This document shows, piece by piece, positions 13,400-25,100 of a DNA stretch of 64,000 bases. The DNA is from Monocercomonoides exilis PA203 (lineage: Eukaryota; Protista; Preaxostyla): NCBI GenBank assembly GCA_001643675.2, contig LSRY02000007.1, positions 1,674,001 to 1,738,000 on the forward strand, read 5' to 3'. Both the position numbers and the translations under genes were made by a program. The notes beneath the pieces are model-generated. The model made no database searches and had not been told where the DNA came from. It was given only the letters and a program-made list of their open reading frames with translations. The first letter of the stretch is position 1, and the number at the start of each line of letters is the position of its first letter.

Positions 13400-16300
13400 A
13401 TGAAATCAATCAAATTCCTCAGTTTCAGAAACCAATTCACCAATTGTCCTTTCAGGAAGTCTTTTCTCTCTCTAATGCTTCGATTTCAGTTCTTTTTTAA
13501 AAAAAAATGAGGTTTTTGTTTGTTTTATAAATCCAACTGCTTCAAAAGAAATTAACATCTCTAATTTCCTTCTCAATCCCTCTGTCCTGTGGACTTTCTA
13601 TGAATTCTCTCTCCCAACTCGGTGGTCACCATGCATAACGAGATATCCAGCTTTCATTCATTTTCATTCTTTTCCACCTCCTGCCCTGAAAGAAACACAA
13701 AAACATCAACAGATAAATGTTCATATAAAGAAAAATAAATAAAGACCAAACTGCTCTTCGACTGTTTTTCGCCAAACAGCTTCATTTCTACAGCCATCAT
13801 CATTCCAAAAATAAATCAATCTCTTCATTTCAGTCTCAGAACTGTCAAATTGCAAGGAACACATCTCCACAAAATACATCGTGTATCTCGCTGGAGGGTC
13901 TTCTCAGCCCGTACACATTGTGGTGGATGTGCAGAGGTGTTTTTTCTTTTCGGACAAGATCATCTCCTTTAATAATATTCTCAAACACCAAAAGAAATAT
14001 TTGAGGTTTATCTCATCAACACATGGCGCATGAGGGATATGGGGTAGAGAAGAGATGGAAGAGGATTTTTTTGTGGAAGAGGATGGGAGTTGAGTATGTT
14101 TTTGAATGCTAATGTTTCAAGAGGGGTTTTGAAAGGAAGAAATTCTGAGACAAAAAGATGGGGAAGAGCAGGTGGAGATTTGTTGAGGAAAATGTAGTAA
14201 ATATATAGAGAAGTGGTTGAGGATGATGAGGAAGGTGATTATTGTTGATGGGAGATATGGATTTTGAAAAGAAGGAAAGGGGGGTAAAAGCTTGAAAGAA
14301 GAGGACAATTGCGAAATGTTAGATCGGAAGAGGGGTAATTTTTGAGAGGAGAAGAATGTTTTATGGAAGAGATGGGGAAAGATGAAGAAAAGGAGGGGAT
14401 CGATATTTTCTGATGATTTTGGGGGTTGAATGGAAGAAGGGAAAGGAAAGGAAAAGAAATTGAGTGATATTAACATTTTCTATTTTTGAGGGGAAATGAG
14501 AGGAAATCGCAAAAGGAAAGTCACTTGACTTTGGAGAAATACAGCAAGATTGATCTCCACAATCTGTTCGTAACACATTTTGTGATTGAATTTTTTCAAA
14601 CAAATGTGAAGTTTATACAGCAAGCGAGACGTTTTGGTCTACCAACGACTTCATACAAATTATTCTCAACATCGTAAATATCGTTCGACTGATTTCACAA
14701 TTCTCAACCCTTTTTTCTTTTTCCTCTTCTACTTCTTTCTCTTCTTTTTATAATCCTCCTTCATTCAATCAACCATCTTCCTCATTTCTCGGTTTGCAAA
14801 CACAAAATTCGCCTTCTCACAATTCACTTGCTTATTCAGCTACAAGCACGCCTGTTATGAATCGCATAGCCAAAAATACACAAAATCTACTTTAGTCAAA
14901 TATTGCTTCTTCTTCTTCTTCTTCTTCTCCACCTCCTCCTTCGCCTTCGTCTTCGTGTTTTTCTTGACCTTCTTCACATTTTTTGCCATTAACCTCATCA
15001 GATGTTTTGTAAATTTCTATTTTTCGTACAAAAAGGCCAGAATCATTTTCTGTTTGTGGAAAGAATTGAAAGATGATAACTCAAAAGCTGCTAAAGATTC
15101 GGGGATATCCGATTTCTTTGATAAGCTTGAATCTGCCTGTTAAAAATATTGTGATTTCAATTAACTGCTCCTTCAAAGTTTTCAAATCAAACACAATATA
15201 TTGTTCAATCAATGAAATCATTTGAAAACATGTCAGCATCTTCTTCGAAAATACTTAAAGATAATAAATGGATTTCTCTGTAACTGCATGCATTCACCTT
15301 CCTCCTCTTTTTCAATGATATTTCCTCTCACTTCGAATTGGATCATTCCATCTTCCTTGGAATGAATATGAGCTATTCAATCAGTAGCCAGATAATTCGC
15401 CCTGATAAATATTTCATTCAGTTTGCCTTCTCTCAACAGTATCATCATATATATCAAAGCCTTCTGTTAGATTGCAGTTTGCGCATCTGAACTTCTCTTC
15501 TCTTCTTCAACAGCACATCCCGATCTGCTTCAGCGTTTCGAACGACATCCGTGCTCTTGCTGTTCAGAATGAGGCGAATGGGCATCGCACGTAAAATGGA
15601 AGTGGAAGGGGGAAGGAGCTGCCAGATACGTCGAACTCATGCTCTATCTTTGTGATACTACCAAGGAACTAAGAGAGGACAGCGTGTTCCAAAGGAAGAA
15701 GAAAAGAAAGAAAACTACAAAAGTTAGTTGAGCGCGGAGCAGAGCAAATGAAATCAACGGGAAGAGTCAAAGATGAAGATGAAAACAAACCAGAAATTTG
15801 AGTTTTGCACGTTACAAGTTGACGCTTTCGACACAAGGCTTGCACAGGCAGCGACAGAAAGGAGGAGGAGGGACAGAGGAAAAGAAGAAGGAGGTAATGA
15901 AAATGATGATGAACAGTACCAGACATTTTACTCATTTGACAGCACATTCTCATCTGCTCAGCTGCACACTCAAAACATCACAGCCTCCTCAACATTTGCA
16001 ACTCCTCCTTATTATCCCTTGCAACATACTCAGTTGTCTGCCCCTTCTGTTCTTGTTGGAACTTCTCCAGAGCCACTCGCTCATTCATCTCCAGCTACAT
16101 ACTCCTTTTCTCTTGCACAGAAATCTCTTGACATAACTTAACCCAAGCTCTGTATCTTCCTCTCTTTGTTCTTCTATTTCCTTCTTCTCACTACCATAAC
16201 ATGTGCGATTCTTGGGAAAAGCAGATTGGGCAATGAAGGCATGTTTGTGAGCAACAGAGTGTCAGCGACGAGGGATGTGTTTGAGCCACAGAGCATCCTT

Positions 16301-19300
16301 CTGAACAATGCAGCGTATGTGACAAGCCAGAGGATTCGGGTGGGTGGGGAGAAGGAAGACAATGGAGAGGAGATGGATTTGGCAGAGACATTCGAAAGGC
16401 CTAGAATGAATGTTTTTCAATCGAGAAATTGAAAGGAGCTGAAACGAAGAATAAGCCCGTTACAACACTATCAACGTTTTGTTTTGATTTTCTTCTTGAA
16501 ATCAAAAAACGGAAAAGGACTCAGCAGTAAATAATCGAAACAGCATTAACTTTGCCAGCATTTTCATTTGCCAACCATCATCTTTATTCACTTCTTCTTC
16601 TCTTTCTTTTTCTTCTTCTTCTTCTTCTTCTTCTTCTTCTTCTTCTTCTTCTTCTTCTTCTTCTTCTTCTTCTTCTTCTTCTTCTTCTTCTTCTTCTTCT
16701 TCTTCTTCTTCTTCTTCTTCAACATCGACATCAAAAGCAGCAACAGTTAAATTCTTCGAGAAAGAAAAAATAAAAAACTTGTCATCTTCATCTTTTTCTT
16801 CATCCGAACAGTCAGAAGTGAATTCTTCACAAGAAAGAGCCGAAAAAGCAGAAATCGAAGAAATCATAGTAGACTTCAAAAGAAAACATGCACCGCGTCT
16901 GCCTCTTCCTGTGATCCTTCCCCCATAAGAAGCAACTCTTCAGAATTCGTCTTATGTGCCTCAAAGACAAAGACTGAGAAAAAGCAATCAAAATTCAACA
17001 TAAACCTTTTTGACTCGTTCAATTGCTGGCATTGGCACAGGAACAGGCACATCTCCTTCTTCAATGCAAAACGAATCTTTTCTTTCTCTTCCTCAATCAT
17101 CTCCTTCACCCTCTCCTTCATCTTTATCTTCCTCATCTTCTCCAGCAGAAACTGACCTCTCTCTCCATCCAAAACCACCCCATCGCTCTGAGTTTGCAAT
17201 GGCTCTCCGCATAAGAGCAATACACACTCTCCTCCTCCGATGCTATATCAACCGTTGTGCACAAGTTGAAGCAGCCCCAAAGTCATTGCCCTCTTCACTA
17301 TTTTCTTCTTCCTCGTTGCGTTGATTTTTTCGCAACTTATTCCTGACATAAGAAGAGCAGCAGATGAAGAGGATGATGCAACAGCAGAAAAAGAAGGAAA
17401 ATACAATATTTTGTTCCATAGCCGGATATATTTGATGTGCTTACACTGTTTGCATAATTTCGGATGGTGGAGCGTTATGCGAAGAATCTGGAGAAAAGGA
17501 AGAAGTTGAAGGCGATGAAGATAACGCGAAAGATGAGGATAAAGAAGTGATATTGGAGGATTTAATGAACAACCCCAAAGAAGTTGCTTCAAAAGCAAAG
17601 ACAAAAAAAAAGCAGAAAAGAATACAAACACCAAAGAATCAATAAGAAACGGCCGAAAAGACGAAATACATTCCAATGAGCCAAAACAGATCCACTTTCA
17701 TCCAAGCGCAGCAACAGAACACAACAACAATTCCATCTCCAACACCATCACATTCTCCAAAGCTTAAACAATATTCTTCAGAAAGATGCGCCTTTGGAAC
17801 GATACACTTCAAGCGAGGGAAGCGAATGGACGGAGGATGGAGAGGAGTTGGAGGGAGAGCATTGATTGTGGACAGTCAAGAGATGGAGATGGGAAGAGGA
17901 GCTGTTGGTGCATCAACAATACAGCTATCACCTGCTGTTGGAGGAGGTGGAGCGGGAGGAGGAGGAGGAGTGGTGATATTGGGCGTGATGGGGATGAAGA
18001 ATTTCAACAGAGAAGTGACAAGGGCGATGCAAGATGAGCTTCAGAACGAGAAAGGGAAAGTGGACGATGAAGAAGCAAAGATCATGTTCAGTTCATTGGA
18101 ATCTGATGATCAGAGAGATAAACTGCTTCCGCTGATGAAAAAGCAGGAGATACAGAAGAAGATGAATGAGAAAGAAAAGCGGGAGAGCAGAAAAATGGAG
18201 AAAGAAGAAAAAGACAAGAATCTGTTTAGCAGCATCCAAGGAATACTACAACCACACCTTGAGACAGGCACGCCGACCAACCAGAAGGAGAATTAAATGG
18301 CAAGTGAGGCGCAGCAAGAGGCGAAAGAAAGCCAAACGCCATTTTTAACAAGAGAGCGGAAATTGGACTGCATATTGAATAACCTTGCTAATTCTGACTT
18401 TGAAGCTTTGAGCGATGAACTGGATGTGTCTTGCTGCTATGTTCGCATTAAAAGCGAGGAAAATGGGCAATTTGTGTGGAAGATGATGAAAGTGCCTGTG
18501 TATGCAGCAGTCGACTCGAGGCAGACAAGAACGCAGCTGGATCTGATGAGTGCGCTGAAGAGCGTTCTAAAGCAAACCTGTGCGGAACTGCGAGGAGGAA
18601 ATAGAAGAAACACACAGAAAGGGAAGGAAAGGAGCAGGGAAAGGATCACCTCTGCTGTTTCAGAAGGAGAAAGGGATTAGAACATTCAATCAGAGCAGTG
18701 TTCCTGGACGAAGAGATGCTCTGTCGTTCTCAAAGTTGGTGTCTTTCTTCATGTCGCAGAATTCAATGGCGATGGATCTGATGCAGAAATACCCTACACT
18801 CAATTTTGTTGCGCCTTTTGATTCAGCTGCTGATTTTGCTGCAAATACAAATATTGCTCTTCATCCTCTTTCTCATTGTACTTCATCACTTGTCAATTCG
18901 TCCTTGTTTATGAACATCCAACAACAATCTTTTCCTTCTCTCAGAACATCTCAATCTCCTTCCCTCTTTTCTCAAGCTGTACATCCATCTTCTGCTAATT
19001 CTGCTTCTCCTGGCTCTCTTTCTCTTCTCTCACTTCCTGCTCTTTCTTCGTCTACTTCTTTCTCATTCAACTATTATCGAATTCAGCGCTGGACACCATC
19101 TATCGTTGTTATTAAGAAAGATACACAGAAAAATTTATTCAAAGAATGAATGTCAGCTGATATTATATGTCAACGGAAATTATTTTATATTAAGCAAAGA
19201 AAAGCATGCACGTCATCAACAAGAAAATGACTCTGACTTTTTCATTTGGATGCTGAAGCATTTGCAGTGAAAACAGAAAGAGCTTTGAAACAATTCTTTT

Positions 19301-20050
19301 ATGAAATGGATGGGTTCCAAAATAGCCTTCGGCAGATTTCACAACTACAAAATCACAACAAATTATTGAAAATGAAATGAGGAAGAAAATCAATTTTGAA
19401 GAAAAGGCTTATTTAAAGAGAATTTATAAAAGGCGGTTAAGTGAATCGGATACAAGCATGTTGAAATATGTATGCTGAGGAAATAAATGTTTTTGAAGAA
19501 CTTTCTGATATGACCGAAGAAATGAGAACAATAATTACTGTTTTTCAACGAACGTAATTTTCATTGGATGAAGAAGCTAAATCAAATGGAAAATGACGAA
19601 AAAATAATAAAACCTGTGCTGATTTTGGGCTACATGAAAGACAAGTGATGATATTTTCTTCAGTTGAAAAAGCTATGAAAGTTCAAGGATTTAACAATGA
19701 TATAGAAACTATCATAATTTTCACAACTATTTCTTCTTCTAATTTTGAACAAAGTTAATTAATTCCAGTAATTTTTGTGTCAACTGCATTGAAAGTGAAT
19801 GTTTGAGTGGGAGCAAATGTTGAGGCGAGAAGAGTGAGAGAGGCGTCTTGGAGGAGGGAAATGAAGCCGTTGAGGGCATACTCGATGGTGGCACATGGGA
19901 TCTGTTGGGGTCTGCCACATGCATCAGCATCAATTCCATTGTTTGCAACAATTTTAATCAGAGAAATGTGAGGGAACAAGCTTTTGAATTTGGCTTAACC
20001 CAATATTCCACTTTATCTGTTTATGTTTGATGAATCTGATGAATCGAATA
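13400..20050. pseudogene. Patchwork of decayed gene fragments inside the 13028-20488 element
   Basis: Stop-riddled minus-strand frame at ~13400-15300, plus-strand pieces at 15560-19150, and a surface-protein-family piece at 19755-20030 (NNGIDADACGRPQQIPCATIEYAL). No DDE motif found. Confidence 0.55.
16610..16720. repeat. (CTT)n microsatellite, roughly 36 units
   Basis: Directly visible perfect trinucleotide run. Confidence 0.95.
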
Positions 20051-20660
20051 AAATGAACGGAGATTTGTTGGCTATACAAAGGTGAGGAAAAAAAAAGAAA
20101 AATAATAATTAATGTCAAATTTGTCTAAATAATTTTGTTTTCTTTTCTTCTTTTCTGTTCTTCTTTTCTGTTCTTCTTTTCTGTTCTTCTTTTCAATTTT
20201 TTCTTTTCAATGTTTTGTTTTTCCAGTTTAGAAATATCTATTTTCCTTTTAAAGATTGATTTTTCAATTATTTTTTTGAAACTTGATCATAAAAATCCTT
20301 TTTAATCAAAAACATTAAAGAGGTATGTATTTTTTAACATTAATAAATAAAACAAATATATATAACAGAAATAAAAGCTAAAGACTTGAAAAAATACATT
20401 TATTTTTTATGATCAATAAATACCACTATAGATTTTATTTTTTTGATTTTTTTTATTTTTTTTTTTATGATGTCACAAAAAATCACCCATATATATATAA
20501 TTTATATCAATTTTTTGTTCATGCTCATGAAACTTTACTGAAATAAAAGAAATTTCTCGACATTGCTATTTCACACTAACTTATATAGATTCGTGAATAG
20601 GAATTGAAATTTGATCATTAAATGAAAATACGAATTTTAAAAAGAATATAACATTCGTGA

Positions 20661-20692
<32 letters not shown>

Positions 20693-21088
20693 ATTTTATT
20701 TTATTTTTTTTTTTTTTGCAAGAATAACACTAATCACTATTTTTGATAAAAAACAAAGAACTGCAATAAAATTTCTATATCTTTTATTTAGTGCTAGAGT
20801 CTTAATAAAGAAAATCAATCAACAAAAAGAAAAAGTTAAGGAGACATTATTTGTGTTTCTTTGACCGTATTTCTGTTCAAAAAAATGAACACAATTAACG
20901 TAAATGCATAAGCATATGAAACATAATGCAACACTTCATGCTGTTTCATAAATTGATTTTGCACATTAATCTGACTTATTGTGAACAAATAAAATGAAGA
21001 AAATTAGTTCAAATTTTTTATTAAATAAATATCGCAAGGAACATTATTATTTTATTCAATGATTACAAATATCGCATTAAATACCGGA

Positions 21089-21442
21089 CATCGCACAAAA
21101 TACCGGACAAGATCGATCTCACAACAACTGCAAGTGGAATAATTCTGAATATTTTCCTCAAAATATATCTCAATGATACAAACTCAATTGATAAACGAGA
21201 CTTTCAAAACTTCCTCGTTTGTGCTCATAAAAAAATTAATGATTGAAATCTCAGAGATACTCAAAATTCCATTTCTCCGAAATTTCAAATAATTATTTAT
21301 TCTGAAAACAAAAAAGGCTATTATAAAAGTCTTGAATATTAAATGAGTTTGTATTGACAAGCTGTGTTTTGAGGAAAATTATCAGAATTATTACTCTTGC
21401 AGTTATTGTGAAATGGATCTTGTTCGGTATTTTATGCGATAT
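21089..21442. mobile_element. Old, diverged MITE-like inverted repeat
   Basis: ATCGCACAAAATACCGGACAAGATCGATCTCACAACAACTGCAAG... matches the reverse complement of ...CTTGCAGTTATTGTGAAATGGATCTTGTTCGGTATTTTATGCGAT over ~120 bp with many mismatches. Confidence 0.65.
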
Positions 21443-21847
21443 CTGTGCTATTTTCAAATTTGAAAATTATAAACTTAGCAAAAAAACCGAGAAAGATTGA
21501 TAAAGTTTAGAAAGATTCGATATTTTTATTGCTTTGCAAAAAAGCTTGAAAGTCCGAGTATTTCTCCAAATTACTAAAATGATTGTTTATCATGAAATTA
21601 CAAATCATTTTGAACGATCTCCAATCATGTTTCATTCGTTTTTTCACGTTTTTCAAGATATTCATTCCTTGATTAAATGCATGAAATAATAAATAGAGAA
21701 TTCATAAATAATAACATTTTCAAATAAACAATTGTAAGGAAAATTGAACTTTTAGAATTGTTTTCTCTTGAACATTTTTTGATATTATGGTTAGATCCAA
21801 AAAATTGATCATTTTTTTATCATTCCACCCTGAAGCGCAATAAATTA

Positions 21848-24800
21848 ATGGCTCAGGGGTAAGCATTATTATTATTATTTACTCATTTGTTTATTTTTTA
21901 TTTCTGATTTTTATTATTTTATTGTAGACACCACAAAGGCGATTTATTTTTTAATGAAATCAACTTACCTCTGGAAATATCTGAAATATTATTTTCATTT
22001 TTGACAAATCCATTTGAATCTCAAACTTTTGAAAATATGTTTTCTTTTTTAACGAACTTTGAAGAAATTTATGAAAGCGAAAAATCATCAGAAAGAAAAT
22101 TAATGCTGTCTTTGCTTCTTAATTCGTTATGCGAAGGAACAATATGTCAGAGATTTGGATTATTTAAACTTTGGGAATTGGGCCGACTCATTACAAGCGT
22201 TGAATTTATTTTAAATGAAAAGTGCTTCAAAACTGAAATCAGCGGAAGTCCTTCAATCGTTGGAGGGAGTTTGCTTTTTTATCTTTAAGAATTCGAATTT
22301 GAAATATTCGTCCTTTATTTGATTTTTTTAGCTTCATATATGCTATTAACTCAGACTCCTCCGTCTCCCAGAGTTACTCCGAAACTTATGTCACCAAAAA
22401 TACCTTATCGTTCGCTAAGCTCGACATCTACCACTGTAAATGGGGTAAGCGGAGCACAAGCATCAGAGAATGATACTGTTTGAAATTATAAATATTTTTA
22501 TACTTTTTTAAGTACTGATCAATAACATTTTAATTGATTTTACTCATTTTTGATTTACTTTTTGGGGAAAAAAAGAATTCACAAGATTATCGGATATTTG
22601 AAAACATTTCAAAAGAAATTGATGCTATTTCTACTCCTACAATGTCAGCTGCACATCTTTTATGCGTTCTGAGAGCTGCTCTTGTTGTATTGCCGCATCA
22701 CATGATCCATTCGGCTTCTGCTGCTAATCTTTCAACATTCTCCAACATGCACACACCAACAACGTCTGCCTCCCACAAATCTGCTGCATCTCTCTTCTCT
22801 TCTCCCGTGCATCACTCATACTCTCTCACTTCCGGTGCTTCATCTACAACTGCTACATCTTCACCAGCAGCATCCCACTTTCTTGCAAGGAGCATTTATG
22901 ACACGCCTCCTCCTCCACAGCTGCCTCAGCCAGCATCAACAACAGCAGGCTCCCTCTCAAATTACGCATCTCAGCTTCCATCTGCTCTTGTTCCCTCTTC
23001 TTCTTCTTCTTCTTCTTCTACTTCTTCCAATCTTATTTTTTCCATGGTGCCACTGACGCATCTCCGTCGCCTATCGCCTTCCACCCTTACTCTTCTGAGG
23101 AAGATGCTTCTCGATTCGTATGGCCTGCTTTTCCAATCGCTGGTGAAGAGGAAGGATTTTATGAAGAACACCATTGCGCTGCTGACTTTGGTTGTTTTGA
23201 GGGAGAAAGAATGGGCGAGAACAGAAAAGAAGGCAAAGGAAGCAAAAGAAGAAAAAAAGATAAAGAAGATCAAAAAGGCAAAACAAGCAAAACAGACACA
23301 ATCAGATCAAATGAAGGAAAGCGAAGGAGCTGACAAGCAGATGAATGAAGGATCTTCTGATGCTGCAGTGAATGGAGAACACGCAATCACTGACAAAGAA
23401 GCAGAATCTGAGTCTCAATTCGATTATGAAGTGCTCACAAGCTTCATAATAGGAGAAATGACGAAGGATGTTTCAGGGCTCAAGCAGAAAATTGCGAAGG
23501 AAGACGAGCTGATGATGAAAGAGCAGCGATGTGAGGAAGCGACTGCCACAACAAAGCTGAAGGGAGACGACGAGTCAACATTTGGGGCAGGCACAGCGAG
23601 TCCAGCAGCATCTGCAGCTCTTCCTCCTCTGCCTTCTTCCTCCTCTTCTTCTTCATCAGGAGCAGTCACTGCAGATATCTTGTTCCGGTTTCCTCCTTCC
23701 TTTTTGAAGATGACGATGGCTCGATTGGCACTGGACTCTGAAGAGACGACTCCCAAAAAAGCAGAAAATAAATGCTCCATCAAAGCCAAAGACGAAAGAG
23801 AAGCAAATATTGAGAAGGGGATTAATGTTGTGCAGACTTCTAATTCATCGAATTGCGTATTACAACCATCATCATCATCATCATCTTCTTCTTCTTTATC
23901 TTCCTCATCGTTTCCCCTTCCATTCACCCTCCTTTCCTTCCTTCTTCGCCACATCCGCCTTCTCCCCTCCCGCCCCTTCTTCTACTTCCTCCTCAGCCTC
24001 TCAGCCACTCCTTCCTTCCTTCCTCCTCTCTTTGCTGCCTGGTACGACAACTACCCTCAAATATCTGTCCCTCCTTCGATTTCTCTCTCGCTCTCTATCC
24101 CTTCTGGAGCATCCATCACAACAACTACCACAGCCACCACCACATCAGCTTCTTCTTCTCCTCCTCCTTCTTCTGTCCCATCTGCTCCTGCTCCTGCTGC
24201 TCCTTCAACAATGTCTTCTTACTCATCTTCTTCTTCTTCTTCCTCTTCTTTTGATTCCTCCTCCTCCACCCCTGCCAACACCCTCCTCAGCTCCTCCAAG
24301 TCTCTTTCTGCTCTTCAGTCTCTCAGCACCACCACTTCTGTCTCAATGACCTCTTCTTCCACTCCCTTCGTCTTCGATTTGACAGGCCTTGTCGAGTTTC
24401 CTGATGCTCCTGCTGCTCTACTCATCCGCCGCTGCCTTCCTTTCTCCTCTTCCTCTCTCTCTGGCCTCGGCGATTGCACTCACACACAGCAGAAACTGCC
24501 TCTTCTGATTGATTCTTCTTCTTCTTCCTCCTCTCCTTCTTCTCCTTCTGATGTGCTCATTAGGCAACCTTCTCTCCCCACAAACTGGCGCTATCCGCCT
24601 TCCATGCTCATCCGCACCCTCTTCTCCTCTCTCTCTTTCTCCTTCACTCTCTTTGTCAAACCTTCCTTGTCTTTCCTCTTGTCTTACTTGGCAACGATTG
24701 GATTGAGCAAAAACCCGAGTTTTTCGACGCCTCGTTTGGAGCTGAAGAAAAGGCTGGAGTTGCACAGGGCATCGACAGAGTGGCAGAGGTGGCTGCAGGA

Positions 24801-25069
24801 ACAGCATGAAATGAGAGAGGAGGAGGAGAGGAGAAGGAGAAAGAAGAAGAAGATGATGAAAGCTAAGGGAGGGAAGAAAGAGAAAGAAGGAGATGAAGAT
24901 GAAGCAAAAGTTAAATCGAATGCATATCCAATGTCTTCTTCTTCTCTCATGAAGTCAGTGAGTGAAGGCACAACAGCATTGCCAGAGACACTTTCTGCTA
25001 ATGCTGCCACAACCTCACCAAAACTCCCTCTTTCATCAGATTTATCTTCTTCATCCACAACCATTTCAA

Positions 25070-25100
<31 letters not shown>

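Larger units (their letters stand above)
13028..20488. mobile_element. 7.46-kb TIR-bounded non-autonomous element filled with gene fragments, superfamily unresolved
   Basis: GGGTGATTTTTTTTGATATCATAAAAAA (13028-13055) versus reverse complement GGGTGATTTTTTGTGACATCATAAAAAA (20461-20488), 26/28 identical; flanked by ATATAT on both sides; subterminal TGATCATAAA at ~13066, ~20285 and inverted at ~20407; ~300-450 bp AT-rich ends. Confidence 0.8.

Noticed and set aside
13400-15300. Minus-strand decayed frame with HIPHAPCVDEINL, superficially like the hAT HxxCxxHxxNL motif
   Set aside because: No accompanying DDE, RW or dimerisation motifs; treated as unidentified cargo.
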